DNA of 63,005 nt, filler included, from Chiloscyllium plagiosum (GCF_004010195.1; 4 parts of 4 records of this genome joined end to end with filler, not necessarily neighbours in it); one strand, 5' to 3'; positions 1 to 14,114 are shown, counted from the whole stretch's first letter. Notes: generated by a model from the sequence alone, not told the origin. Made by a program: numbers and translations.

Positions 1-1160
1 CCGGTTCAGACAAAGACCATCCTGCTTGTAGAGGTCCCACCTACTCCAAAAAAAGCCAGAATTGTCCAAGAATCCAAAACCCTCCCTCCTGCACCATCCC
101 TGTAGACACGTGTTCAACTCCTCTCTCTCGCTATTCCTTGCCTCACTAGCACATGGCATGGGCAACAAACAGAGACAACTCTGTTCGTCCTAGCTCTAAG
201 CTTTCATCCTAGCTCCCTGAATTTCTGCCTTAAATCCCCATTTCTCTTCCTACCTATGTCGTTGGTGCCTATGTGGACCACGATGTGGTGCTGTTTCCCC
301 TCCCCCTAAAGGATCCCAAAAACACGATCAGAGACATCACGAACCCTGGCACCTGGGAGGCAACACACTAATTGTGAGTCTCTCTCGTCCCTACAGAACC
401 TCCTATCTGTTCCCCTAACTATGGAGTCCCCAATATAAACTGCTCTGCTCCTCTTCCCCTTTCCCTTCTGAGCAGCAGGGACAGACTCTGTACCAGAGCC
501 CTGTTACCCCACTGCTTTCCTCTGGTAAGTCATCCCCCCCAACAGTTTCCAAAACAGTATGCTTATTGTTGAGGGGAATGGTCACAGGGGATCCCTGCAC
601 TGCCTGCCGGTTCCCTTTCTGTCCCCTGACTGTAACCCATTTGCCTTTTTCTTGTACCTTAGGAGTGACTACCTCCCTGTAACTCCTCTCAATATCCCTT
701 CTGCCTCCCGAATGATCCAAAGTTCATCCAGCTCTAGTTCCATAATGTGGTTTTTGAGGAGCTGCTTCCAGCAGATGTAGTCAGCAGGTACACTGATGGT
801 GACCCTTACCTCCCACATTCTGCAGGAGGAACATTCAACTGCCCTAACCTCCATTCCCACTATTCTAAATTCCCAAAGAGACTGTTGAAGAAAATAAGGA
901 ATAAAAAAAACTCGTTACCTTACCAATCTGGCGCACAGGTCCCTTTTTTTGGTTAGAGGAGGAGGATGGGTGGGAGACACTACCCGAGTAGCATTTTGGG
1001 TAACGCAACCACTCAAATATATGACTTCCCAGAAGTCCTTTGCTCCTCCCTAGCACCTCTCGGCAAATGGAGGCACGGCTCCCAAGGTAAGTCCCTTTTA
1101 ATGCGGGAAAACTCACCCTTCCCGGCAGCCCTCGCTTCACCTCTCCTTCTCTCCTCGCTG
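1..1160 (-). mobile_element. CR1-like LINE 5' fragment (5'UTR + decayed ORF1, zinc-knuckle/SGNH-esterase type)
   Basis: Frameshifted ORFs 669-860 (CSSCRMWEV...CWK..ELELDELWII) and 415-720 (WVTVRG..GSPVTIPLNNK). They parallel the better-preserved ORF1 copy at 31607-32510. Confidence 0.8.
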
Positions 1161-1734
1161 CTCTGGCTAAAAATGTTCATTGGTAAAGTTCAGAGCCACT
1201 CATACCTTGCGTTGATCTGTGTGAACATATTGTGTTCCCTTGTGAGAGAAAGCTGTGTTCCTTTGCTGCAAAATATTGTTCCCTTTTCTGAATAAAAGTG
1301 TGTTGTGTCTGGTTTGAAACTGCAGGTTTGGCTCTTTGTGGAGTTCTGGTCTGGAGCTAGTTTTGTGTGTGTCAATGAATGTGTAGAAGGGTGAAAGTTA
1401 GAGAGAGAGAAATGAAATTTTGAGTTGCTGTGATCTCTCATACCCCCTCCCACTTCCCCTCCCTTTAATCTCACAAAGAAACCTTTTGGTCTGCTCCATA
1501 CCTGTGAGATGTGTTCCAGGTAGACTGAGCTGGGAACTGACTGGATGTACTGAGACCTGGGAATAGAGAAGGGTTGAGTGACAGACCTGGCATTTATAAA
1601 CAAAGTCCTGGCAGCTCCCAATTACTTTTGCTATCTGGATGAAGCCAGGAGGTGAGTATCAGAGAATTTCTGGCTTTCTCTGTGTCTGTGTAAGTGGAAC
1701 AGTCCATCTTCCACAGTCACACTACCAGAACAAA

Positions 1735-2168
1735 GAAAAAAGAAAGTTACAGCACAGGAACAGGCCATTCTGCTCTGCCTTCCTGCACCGATCCAGATCC
1801 TCTATCTAAACCTGTCGCCTATTTTCTAAGGATCTGTACCCTTCTGCTCCCTGCCCATTCATGTATCTATCTCGATACATTTTAAATGATGGTCTAGTAC
1901 CCTCCTCTACCACCTCTGCCGGGAATGTCTTCCATGCTCCCACCACCCTCTGCATAAAAAGCTTTCCATGCATATCTCCCTTATACTTCTCCTCTCTCAC
2001 TTTAAACTCGTGACCCCCTAGTAATTGAGACCCCACTCTGGGAAAAGGCATCTTGCTATCCACCCTGTCTATACCTCTCCTGATTTTGTAGACCTCAATC
2101 AGTCCCCCCTCAACCTTTGTCTTTCTAATGAAAATAATCCTAATCTACTCAACCTCTCTTCATAGCAG
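1735..2168 (-). mobile_element. CR1/HER1 LINE 3' end fragment
   Basis: ORF 1806-2063 (FMQRVVGAW..P.EVVE) matches the CR1 ORF2 C-terminal motif seen in several other copies in the window. Confidence 0.75.
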
Positions 2169-3067
2169 CTTCCTCACCTTTTCCTCCATTGCATTGGTAA
2201 CTGTATCGGCGCCACCTCGTGCTCCCACGAGGAGTTTGAACAGATCATTAATTTCACTAATACCTTTCTCCCAACCCCATTCTCCTACTTATCTCACTGC
2301 GCACTTACACCCGCCACATACCTGATGAAGGGCTAATGCCTGAAACGATGACTCCCCTGCTCCTCAGATGCAGACTGACCTGTTGTGCTCAGCATTTCGA
2401 CTCTGATCTCTGACATCTGCAGTCCTCACTTCCTCCTAGTTGCTGCAAAGCCTCTTCCAAGGATGCCCACCTTGAAGAAGGTCTCCTGCTCCTAGCAGAA
2501 GGATCTTCGTGAGAGCCTCTCTCACTGCACACTCAGATCATCTCCTCTGCCCTGAAACTCTTTAACCATGTCCTGAAGCAGACACACTACCACAGCCATT
2601 CTTCCTTCGTCAACACCTGCCTACACAACTGACTGATGCTGCCTGGACTCCAGAATACATTCAGACAATCAGAATTTGGGCATAACCAGGACAACTGCAG
2701 CCTACAGCAAATCCAAAACCTCCAGAAAAGATCTGCCCTCTGGATTCTCCACTCTACACTCACAGCCATGTGCTGCCACCTACTGTTCCTGCAGTCAGCC
2801 CTGCTCCAGCTCAGGGCACACTCTCACAGACCTGCAAATGACATTTGCTGTTTTACATCGTCAGAAGAATCCACATAATTAACAGAAGCTTTCTCTCCAG
2901 CTTATCGGACATCACGGAACATAAGTACACCAAATGCTTACAACAAACTCACTCCAAACCCTGGATTCCTCGACCACAGCCAACTCTATTGCTGCAAACT
3001 ATAACATCACTTCCTCCCCATACCTCCCCGGAATGTGAGCAACATTGACCCTATTACCTCCCAAACT

Positions 3068-3552
3068 GCGCCAGGAGTACCAGCTCCATGAACTTTGCCA
3101 GGAGTATCAGCTCCATGAAAGTCGCCAGGCGTACTGGCTCCATGAACATCGCCAGGAGTACCAACTCCACGAACACTGCCAGGGGTACCAGCTCCATGAA
3201 AGTTGCCAGGAATACTAGCTCCATGAACGCTGCAGGATTACCAGCTCAACGAACAATGCCAGGAGTACCAGCTCCATGAACACCGCCAGGGATACTGGCT
3301 CCATGAACATTGTAGGAGTACCAACTCCACGCACACCGTCAGGAGTACCAACTCCACGCACACCGTCAGGAGTACCAGCTCCATGAAAGTTGCCAGGAAT
3401 ACTAGCTCCATGAGCGTTGTCAGGAGTACCAGCTCCATGAAAGTTGCCAGGAATACTAGCTCCATGAGTGTTGCCAGGAGTACCAGCTCCACGAACACCA
3501 CCAGGTGTATCGGCTCCATGAACATTGTCAGGAGTACCAGCTCCATGAATGC
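3068..3552. repeat. 27-bp minisatellite (ccaggagtaccagctccatgaacNNNg)n, ~17 units
   Basis: Direct tandem repeat. It gives 9-aa periodic ORFs on both strands (3088-3279, 3215-3679, 3238-3609). Confidence 0.9.
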
Positions 3553-3633
3553 TGCTGTGATTATGGGTACTGCAAACGGTGCTGTTACCTCCGTGGCTGA
3601 AGCCTGCATGAAGGCTGCCTAGTACGTTACTCC

Positions 3634-3796
3634 ATTCTGGATTAGTGGTGCTGGAAGAGCACAGCAGTTCAGGCAGCATCCGAGGAGCAGTAAAATCGCC
3701 ATTTCTGGCAAAAGCCTTTTGCTCGAAACGTCGATTTCGAAGCTCCTCGGATGCTGCCTGAACTGCTGTGCTCTTCCAGCACCACTAATCCAGAAT
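3634..3796. repeat. Fold-back inverted repeat built from a Penelope-derived 3' terminus
   Basis: The ~55-bp arm attctggattagtggtgctggaagagcacagcagttcaggcagcatccgaggagc recurs as its reverse complement at ~3742-3796. Confidence 0.85.
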
Positions 3797-5597
3797 CTGG
3801 TTTCCAGCATCTGCAGTCACTGTTTTTACCTGGTGTGTTACTCCAACCCACATGGTCTCCGGCTATGCCACTTCTGCAACCTCAGTTAGCACCGAATGCG
3901 TCACTCTCGCCTCCCCTGACTTCACTCACTCTTTCCCCACTGTCATGTCACCTTTGCAACCACCACAAAGAACCCCACCGCTGAAAAGAAAGTATCACGA
4001 TGTATTATAACGAAATTGTCAGGGTTTTAGAATGTCAAGAATATTCTGCAGAGATCATTAGTCCTGTTGCTTGTTGTCAGGCTGTTGTTTAATGTATATT
4101 TTATGTGGAGTTTATTTCTGTCGTATCTGTCCGGCTTGCCTTGTCTTGCTTTGCTGCTTTTTATTTTCTTTTCTGTTCGTTTTAGTGTTTGTTCTCTGTT
4201 TATAAAATATGGAGGGTAGTTGATGCCTTTGTCATGTTAAAATCTATATAAGAAGGCTGGCTAGGGACAAAAATGCTATTAGAAATTTTGATACAATTCT
4301 TACTACTCCGTCACAAGATACTAGTGTCAGTATTCAGCGGGGTCCTAGTGTCCAGACAAATATTCTGCTGAAAGAATTATAAGATTTTCAAAATTAGTAA
4401 TAGAGAATTTGCTTGCACCACGGTTATGAGGGTGAACTTCCATTAGATAAGCCCTGGACGCACACTAAGGTCCGTGTCATGCTTCAAGATGCCCCTGATC
4501 CGTTCGAGTGCCCAATATTAGTTTTAATTGGCTAGTAGAAATTTGCTGTCCTATATAAAACAGTCCCACAGACACAGACCCCAACACACAATCTGATATT
4601 AACAAGTCTCACAATCACTGACACCTTTCTCCTACAGTATGATATAATCAGCCCCACAGACACTGATACCAATCTCATTCTGTCTAATATAATCCAGCCC
4701 CACAGACACTGATACCAATCTCATTCTGTCTAATATAATCCAGCCCCACAATCACTGAAACCAATCTCCTCCTGTCTGATGTAAACCAGCCCCACAGTCA
4801 CTGACCCCAATCTCCCCCTTTCTGAAATAAACCAGTCTCACAGACAGTGATAGCAATCTCCTCCTGTCTGATATAAACCAGCCCCACAGTCAGAAACAAC
4901 ATTCTCCCCTGTCGGATATAAACCAGCCCCTCAGACGCTGACACCTATCTCCGTATGTCTGATATAAACCAGCGCCACAGACACGGACCCCAATTTCCCC
5001 CTTTCTGATATGAACCAGCCCCAGAGACATTGACACCAATATCGGTTAGTCTGATATAAACCAGCCCCAAAGCCAGTGACAACAATCGCCTCCGTCAAAT
5101 ATAAACCAGCCCCACAGTCACTGGCACTAATCTACTCCTGTCGGATATAAACCAGCCTCTCAGACGCTGACCCCTATCTCCGTATGTCTGATATAAACCA
5201 CGCCACAGACACTGACCCCAATTTCCCCCTTTCTGATATGAACCAGCCCCGCAGACACTGACACTAATCTCCCCACAAACACTGACATCATCTCCCCGAA
5301 AGATATAAACTAGCCCCAGAGACACTGAGACCAATCTCGGTCAGTCTGATATAAACCAGCCCCATAGCCAGTGATAACAATCTCCTTCGTCAAAAATAAA
5401 CCAGTCTGACAGTCGCTGACACCAATCCCCTCCTGTCTGATATTATCCAGCCCCACAGTCACTGACACTAATCTCCTCCAGGTTTACATAAACCAGTCCA
5501 ACAGACACTGACACCAATCTCCAACTTTCTGATATGAACCAGCCCTACAGACACAGACACTAATCTCCCACTGTCTGAGAAAATCTATTGCCACAGT

Positions 5598-6140
5598 CAT
5601 AGAGTCATAGAATCATAGAGACGTACAGCATGGAAACAGACCCTTCGGTCCAACCTGTCCATGCCGACCAGATATCCCAACCCAATCTAGTCCCACCTGC
5701 CAGCACCCAGCCCATATCCCTCCAAACCCTTCCTATTCATATACCCATCCAAATGCCTCTTAAATGTTGCAATTGCACCAGCCTCCACCATTTCCTCTAT
5801 CAGCTCATTCCATAAACGTACCACCCTCTGCGTGAAAACGTTGCCCCTTTGGTCTTTTTTATATCTTTCCCCTCTCACCCTAAACCTATGCCCTCTAGTT
5901 CTGGACTCCCCCACTCCAGGGAAAGTCCTTTTGAATAGTGTCCTGATGCAGCTTCGTTTGTGTGTGTTGGGGTGGTTACTTTCATAGTTTAGGACTTGGT
6001 CTGTGTGTGTGGCTTTCCTGTATACTCTTGTAGTGAATTCTCCGTCTGGTGTTCTCTGTACCATCACGTCTAGGAATGGGAGTTGGCTATCCTTTTCTTC
6101 TTCTCTCGTGAATCGGATTCCTGTGAGTGTGGCATTGATG
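5598..6140 (-). mobile_element. CR1/HER1 3' end (5598-5925) joined to a Penelope-type RT C-terminal fragment (5925-6140)
   Basis: ORF 5687-6067 reads a PLE motif (VYRKATHTDQVLNYESNHPNTHKRSCIRTLFKR), then a CR1 tail (GESRTRGH...FTQRVVRLWN), ending in a catagagt repeat. Confidence 0.8.
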
Positions 6141-7921
6141 ATAAACCAGTCCCACAGACATTGACATCAATCTACCCCTGTCTGATATAAACCAGCCCCA
6201 CAGACACTGACACCAATCTCCTCCTGTCTTATATATACCAGTACCACAGTCACTGACATCAATCTCTCCTGTCTAATATAAACCAACCCCACAGTCACTG
6301 ATGTCAATATAAACCACCCATACATTCACAGAAACCAATCTTCCCCTGTCTGATATAAAGCAGCCCCACAGAAACTGACACCAATCTCCCCCTGTCTGAC
6401 ATAATCAGTCCCACAGTCACAGATCCCAATATCAAACAATCTGATATAAACAAGTCTCAGTCACTGACACCTTTCTCCTACTGTATGATATAAACAAGCC
6501 CCACAGTCACTGACACCAATCTCATCCTGTCTGATGTAAAACAGCCCCACAGACACTGACACCAATCTCCCCTTGTCTGGTATAATCCAGTCTCACAGTC
6601 ACTGACACCAATCTCCCCCTATCTGGCATTAACCAGCACCACAGTCACTGTCATCAATCTCCTCCATTCTGATATAAACCAACCCCATAGTCGCTAAAAC
6701 CAATCTCCCCCTTCTAATATAAAGCAGCCACTCAGTCACTGACACCAATCCCCTCCTGTCTGATATAAACCAGCTCCACATCAATCCCCCACTCTTTGAT
6801 ATAAAACAGCTTCACAGACAATGACACAAATCTCCCCTGTCTGATATAAACTAGCACCACAGTCACAAACACCAATCTCCCCCTTGCTGATATAAATCAG
6901 CCCTAGAGATACTGATTCCAATTTCCCCCTTTCTGAAATAATCCAGCCTCACAGACACTGATACCAATCTAAATCTGTCTGATATAAACCTGCCCCACAG
7001 ACACTGACACCAGTCTACTCCTGTCTGATATAAACCACTCCCACAGTCACTGATGTCAATCTCATCTTGTTTGATATCAACCACCCATACACTCACAGAA
7101 ACCAATCTTACCCTGTCTCATATAAACCAGCCCCACAGAAACTGATACCATTCTCCCCCGTCTGAAAAAGAAACAACCCCAGAATCACTGACACCAATGT
7201 CACCATGTCTGATATAACTCAGTCCCACAGTCACAGACCTCAATATCACCCAATCTGATATACACAAGTCTCACAGTCACTGACACCTTTCTCCAACTGT
7301 ATGATATAAACGAGCCACACAGTCACTGATACCAATCTCATCCTGTCTGATTTAAACCAGTCGCACAGACACTGACACTAATTTTCCCTTGCCCGAGATA
7401 AACGAGCCCCACAGTCACTGACCACAATATCATCCAGTCTGACATAAACTAGTCCCATAGTCACTGACACCAATCTCCTCTTGTCTGATAAAAACAATCC
7501 CCACAGTCACTGACACCAATCTCCCCCATCTGATTTAAAGCAGCCACTCAGACACTGACCCCAGTATACCCCTCCCTGATATAAACCAATCCAACAGTCA
7601 CTGACACCAATCTCCTCCTGTCTGATATAAACCAGCACCACAGTCACTGACACCAATCTCCTCCTGTCTGATATAAACCAGCCCCACAGACACTGACACC
7701 AATCTCTCCCTCTCTGATATAAACCAGGCAAACAGTACTGACACCAATTTCCTCCTGTCTGGTATAAACCTACCCCACACTCACTAACACTAATCTCCTT
7801 CTGTCTGTCATAAACCTGTCCAACAAACACTAACAAAAATATCCTCCTGTCTGATGTCAAGCAGCCCCACAGTCACAAATACCAATCTCCCTCTGTCGGA
7901 CATAAACCAGCTCCACAGTCG

Positions 7922-8125
7922 CTGAGAGTAGTAAGGGTATGGAATGCTTTGCCTGCAACGGTAGTAGATTCGCCAAAATTAAATGCATTTAAGTCATCAT
8001 TGGACAGGCATAAGGACGTACATGGAATAGCGTAGGTGGGATGGGCTTCAAAATAGTATGACAGGGCGGCACAACATCGAGGGCCGAAGGGCTTGTACTG
8101 CGCTGTAATGTTCTATGTTCTATGT
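7922..8125 (+). mobile_element. CR1-like LINE 3' end inserted in the satellite
   Basis: gagagtagtaagggtatggaatgctttgcctg...gggccgaagggcttgtactgcgctgt followed by a (ttctatg)n tail. Confidence 0.7.
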
Positions 8126-9343
8126 TCCCCCTGTCTGATATAAACAAACCACACAGACACTGACACCAATCTCCACCTTTCTGATATCAACCAAGCCCAC
8201 AGACACTTACACCAATCTCCTCTTTTCTGATATAAACTAGCCCCACAGACACTGACACCAATCAACTCCTGTCTAATATAAACCAGCTTCACAATCACTG
8301 ATGTCATTGTCATTTTTTTTGCTATAAACCACCCATACACTCCGAAACCAATCTCCCCCTGTCTGATATAAACCAGCCCCACTGTCACAGACCCCAAAAT
8401 CACACAATCTGATATAAATAAGTCTCACAGTCACTGAAACCTTTCTCCTGCAGTACGATATAAATGTGCCCCACAGTCAGTGACACCAATCTCATCCTAT
8501 CTGATATGAACCAGACCCACAGAAACTGATACCAATTTTCCCTTGTCAGATATAAACGAGCCCATCATTCGCGGACCCCAATATCACCCAGTCTGACATA
8601 AACCAGTCCCACAGCCACTGGCACCAATCTCCTCCCGTAAGATATAAACCAGCCCAAAGCTCACTGACACCAATCTCCTCCTGTGTGATAAAAACCAGCC
8701 CCACAGTCACTAACACAATCTCTCCCTGTATGATATATACCAGTCTCACAGTCACTGACACCGATGTCCCTAAATCTGATCTTAACCAGCCCCACAGTCA
8801 CTGACACCAATCTTCACCTGTGGGATATAATCCCGCTGGACAGTCACTGATCCCAATATCACTCTCCCTGATATAAATCAGTCCCACAGTCACTGACACC
8901 AATCTGCTCCTGTCGAATGTAAACCGGATTCACAGTCACTGACACCAATCGCCCCCTGTCTGATAAAAACCAGCCCTACAGGCACTGACACCAATCTCAC
9001 CCTGTCTGATATACACCAGCCCACAGACGCTGACACAATCTCCCCTTTACTGATATAAACCAGCCCCACAGACACTGACACCTATCTCCCCCTCCCCGAT
9101 ACATCCAGCCCAACAGACAATGACACCAATTCCAACCACCCCACGTCTGATATAAACCAGCCCTACAGACACTGATACAAATCTCCCCTTTTCTGATATA
9201 AAACAGCCCCACAGGCACTAGCACCAATCTCCTCCTGTCTGATATAAACCCACCCCACAGTCACTGAACTCAAACTCATCTTAAGACATAAGACATAGGA
9301 GTGGCAGTAAGGCTATTTGGCCCATCGAGTCCACTCCGCTACA

Positions 9344-9450
9344 TCTGAGTGAATCTCTCCCCCCACACTGGGAACAAGTGAATGACCTTTTCCTCAGAGT
9401 GAGCTCGCAGGTCAGAGAACTGAGTGAATCCCTTCCCACAGACCGAGCAG
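9344..9450 (-). pseudogene. C2H2 zinc-finger remnant
   Basis: The reverse strand reads CSVCGKGFTQFSDLRAHS, then (frameshifted) FTCSQCG..FTQ. Confidence 0.6.
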
Positions 9451-11644
9451 TTTATATCTCTTTTGATATAAACCACCCATACACTCACAGAAACCAGTCT
9501 CCCCATGTTCGATATAAACCAAACCCACAGTCATTGATCACAGCCACAGTCCTGAAGAAGGGCTCATGCCTGAAACGTCGATTCCCCTGCTCCTTGGATG
9601 CTGCCTGATCTGCTGCGCTATTCCTAAAATACATTTTCAGCCCACAGTCACTGACACCAATCTTCTCCTGTCTGATATAAACCAGCCTCACAGTCACTGA
9701 TGTGAATCTCATCTTGTTTAGTATAAAACAGACCGACCGACACTCACACCAATGTCCTCCTCTATGATATAAACCAGCTCCACAGTCACTATTACTAATC
9801 TCCCCGTCTGATATAAAACAGCCCCACAGTCTCTGATACCAATCTCCTCCTGTCTGATATAAAACAGCACCACAGTCTCTGAAACCAATCTCCCCATGTC
9901 TGGTATAAACCATCTCCACAGTCTCTGATACCAATCTTCTCCTGTCTGATATAAACCAGCCTCACAGTCACTGATGTGAATCTCATCTTGTTTGGTATAA
10001 AACAGCCCCACGGACACTCAAACTAATGTCCTCCTGTCTGATACAAACCAGCCCCACAGTCATTATTACTAATCTCGCCCTGTCTGATAAAAACCAGCCA
10101 CACCATCTCTGATACTTATCTCCTCCTGTCTGATATAAAACAGCCCCACAGTCTCTGAAACCAATCTCCACATATCTGGTATAAACCATCCCCACAGTCT
10201 CTGATACCTATCTCCTCCTGTCTGATATAAAACAGCCCCACAGTCTCTGAAACCAATCTCCACATATCTGGTATAAACCATCCCCACAGTCTCTGATACC
10301 AATCTCCTCCTGTCTGATATAAAGCAGCACAACAGTCACTGACACTAACCTCCCTCTGTCTGATATAAACGACCCCCATTGTCAGTGACACCCATCTCCC
10401 ACGTCTAATATACACCAGTCCCACCGTCACTGACACCAATCACCTCCTGTCTGATATAAACCAGCCCCACAGTCACTGACACCATTCCACTCCTGTCTGA
10501 TATAAACCAGCCCCACAGTCACTGACGCTAATCTCCCCCTGTCTGACATAACCAATCCCACAGACACTGATACCAATATCCTCCAGTCTGATGTAAACCA
10601 GCCCACAGTCAAAAACACCAATCTCCTCCTGTTGGATATAAAGCAGATCCACAGTCACTGACCCCAATCTCCCCCTGTCTGATATAAACCAGCCCCACAG
10701 ACGCTGACACCAATCTCCCCCTGTCTGACATAACCAATCCCACAGACACTGATACCAATATCCTCCAGTCTGATGTAAACCAGCCCACAGTCAAAAACAC
10801 CAATCTCCTCCTGTTGGATATAAAGCAGATCCACAGTCACTGACCCCAATCTCCCCCTGTCTGATATAAACCAGCCCCACAGACACTGACACCTATCTCC
10901 ACAATCCTGATATATCCAGACTCACAGACACTGACACCAATTCCACCCCCTCCCCCGTCTGATATAAACCAGCCCTAAAATCATTGACACAAATCTCCCC
11001 TTTTCTGATATAAACCAGCCCCACAGTCACTGAAGTCAAACTCATCTTGTTTGATATAAACCACCCGTACACTCACAGAAACCAGTCTTCCCCTGTCTGA
11101 TAGAAACCAGCCCCACAGACACTGACACTACTCCAATCCTGTCTGATATAAATGAGCCCCACAGTGACTGACACCAATCTCCCCCTTCCACAATCCTGAT
11201 ATATCCAGACTCACAGACACTGACACCAATTCCACCCCCTCCCCCATCTGATAGAAACCAGCCCCACAGACACTGACACCACTCTAATCCTGTCTGATAT
11301 AAATGAGCCCCACAGTGACTGACACCAATCTCCCCCTGTCTGATATAAACCAAACCCACAGTCACTGACACCAATGACTCCCTGTTTGATACAATCCAGC
11401 CCCACAGACACTGACACCAATCTCCCCATGTCTGAAATAAACTAGCCCACAGTCACTGATGTGAATCTCATCTTGTTTGGTATAAAACAGAGCCACAGAC
11501 ACTCACACCAATGTCCTCCTGTCTGACATAAACCAGCCCAACAGCCAATATTGCTAATGTCCCCATGTCTGTTTTAAACTAGCCCCACAGAGTCAAATAC
11601 GTATCTCCTCCTGTCTGGTACAAAACAGCCCCATAGTCTCTGAT

Positions 11645-11890
11645 GGAGAAAGTGAGGCCTGCAGATGCTGGAGATCAGAGCTGAAAAATGTGTTGCTGAA
11701 AAAGCGCAGCAGGTCAGGCAGCATCAAAGGAGCAAGAGAATCGACGTTTCGAGCATAAGCCCTTTTTCAGGAAGGTGTCTTCCCATTGACATCGATTCTC
11801 CTGCTCCTTTGATGCTGCCTGACCTGCTGTGCTTTTCCAACACTACATTCTCGACTCTGATCTCCAGCATGTGCAGTCCTCACATTCTCC
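11645..11890. repeat. Fold-back (head-to-head) Penelope-derived element
   Basis: ggagaaagtgagg...gcagcatcaaaggagcaagagaatcga and its near reverse complement ending cctcacattctcc. Confidence 0.85.
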
Positions 11891-14114
11891 TAGAATATTT
11901 CCTGTTCCTGTTCATTTACAATAAAAAAACAATATTACCGAGCCTTAATTTGCAATGACATTAACAAGATTTATTTTGATCTAAGCAGTAACAGAGTATT
12001 TTGACATAACAGGTGGGGAGATTCACTTTCTGAAAAAGCACCTCAGTGATATAAGCTGAGACCAGACCGATTTTGGTCACTACTGAGACAAAATACAGTA
12101 TGTAATAGATATAGTTTTGAGGGAAATAAATAAACTATCTTAACCCAGGAACAATACAAGGTGTTCTAAACATAAACAGACAGAGATACAAGCAATTTAG
12201 AATATAATAGAAAAGAAATTGTTGGTGTATTGAAATGCAAACAGAGATGTGAATTTGTGTCTCGACATTCTTCCTAGCTAAATCAATCATTTCAAAAATG
12301 CCTTTATTAAATTTCGTGTATCATTCGTCCGCCCATTCCACGAAGCTCACTAGATCTTTAAATTCTGAAGCATCGTCTTCCTGGTTCTCAGTGGTTGCTA
12401 GTTTCATGTTAGAGCAAATTGTGATGTTGTGCATTCTGCACCAATGTCATAGTCAAAAATTGAAAGCAATCACACGCCCAAACAATTACAAAATATCATT
12501 CTGGATTTCCCTTGAGTCCAAAAAAAACTTGTCCCCTTGATCAATAATTTTGAAAATTTGCTCGGACACTGTTGTGAAGGACGTTTTCAAATAACTTCTG
12601 AAGAGAAAATGGTTCCCATCAATCGGATTATAGTATCTATTCGTGTGTTACCCCATAAAAAATGAAGCAAGTTGGTTCACACGAATTGCTCTGAGCAAAT
12701 CTCCAATGGATCCTTTTATCAAAGAAAATCATTTCCAATGTTATTAGGACTCATCTATCTCCTGTGCAATGGTCTGAATTTTAAGTTGTGTCAAACTGCA
12801 GATGAAACTGGCTGATCTGTGTAAAAGTATGGTGTGTGCCTTTCATTTTGTTAATTAACATTGCTGACCTTAGCTGAATAAAGGGATACTGTCCCAAGCA
12901 CCGTCTGGGGCCATCAATTAAACCATTAATTTCCACATCACTAGTCAGAGTGTAGGGTGGAGTTTATTGACATGTGATGTCATTGAAAAAAGCTTGGAAC
13001 ATTTCGAGAATAAATCATGTGAATTAGAGCTTCTTAATTAGGGATAGTAGGACGATGGATTTACAGTAATGGAAAGTTTTCACGATAGAGAGAGATCACT
13101 TCGCCCATCGGACCTGCACCACCTGAAAACAGAGCCTTCCAACCACCAGCCACTTTATAGCATATTGTCTGTAACCCTGCAGGTTGTAACCACTTGAAGT
13201 ATATAGCCAAGGATATTTTAAATAATTTGAGTGTTCCTGCATCTATTATCCTTTCAGGGAGTGAGCTTCCAGAACCTTCCTGTCATTTTGTTTTCAATCA
13301 CCTTATTTACCGAGAGTCGATATTACTGTCGACTCTGATCTCCAGCATTTGCAGTTCTCTCTTTCTGCTACCTTATTTACCGAGCTTCCCCCCAAGCAAA
13401 AGAGTCCTTTCCCATCAATTTTATCCAGACACGAGAACTGTGTGTTTCTGAAGAAAAATTCTCCTCAGCCTCCTCTGCTCCAAGATGAACAAATCCAGGC
13501 AAGTTAGGATTTCGTTATTGCTGCTTTCTTCCAGTCTAAGCAGGATCTTCTGAGACTCATTCTAAAATACTTCCATTCTGACTGTAATGAGGTGACCAAT
13601 TATTCTGCGATTAGATGAGAGAGTGTGTGCATGTGTGTGTGTCCATGAGTATGTCTGTGTGGATGTCGTAATTTATTCCAATTGTCGTTTTTAGTTTTAG
13701 TTTCATTAACGTTAACTCATATCACATAAATTACTCCTTCACCAGGAACTGTGGGAAAAAATCATCATTCCCGAATATTCACGTCAAAATTTGATGGTAA
13801 TAGTGCAAAAACCACGAGCAGCCATTAAAGTGAATATGGATCAACTAAAATAAAATCTAACCAAACAAATTATATTTTCCCATTTCTCCACAATGGACAC
13901 GTTTCACTTATCATTTCGGGAACATTGTGTAGGGTTTAATCCATTACCAACACAGATATGACCTCCAATGCTGTAAATCCTGGCTTATTGGATAAAGTAC
14001 TGGCAGAACTACGTCAATATTCAAACAGTTGGTGCAGCCCTGAGCAGCTTAACGGCCTGTTTCTAAAAGTGTTTCACGCGTCATTTTTAATATTCTTGAC
14101 TTAATGTCAAAGTA

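Larger units (their letters stand above)
4545..11640. repeat. ~46-bp satellite array (ctgtctgatataaaccagccccacagtcactgacaccaatctcctc)n, interrupted by LINE/PLE insertions
   Basis: Well over 100 degenerate tandem units. It explains all the VSVTVGLVYIRQ-type ORFs at 5095-11429. Higher-order duplication is present (182-bp period around 10490-10860). Confidence 0.95.

Noticed and set aside
1190-1700. Possible promoter/first exon (GAAATGAAA, donor GTGAGT at 1652) and 143-aa minus-strand ORF
   Set aside because: No downstream exons identified, and the ORF has no recognisable motif.
4017-4545. Possible LTR (starts TGTCA, TATA-like ctatataag)
   Set aside because: No matching end, second copy or TSD could be defined.
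4545-11640. CRISPR-like array or protein-coding repeats (many minus-strand ORFs)
   Set aside because: Contiguous degenerate tandem units with no unique spacers, in a vertebrate context; the 46-bp period breaks reading frames.
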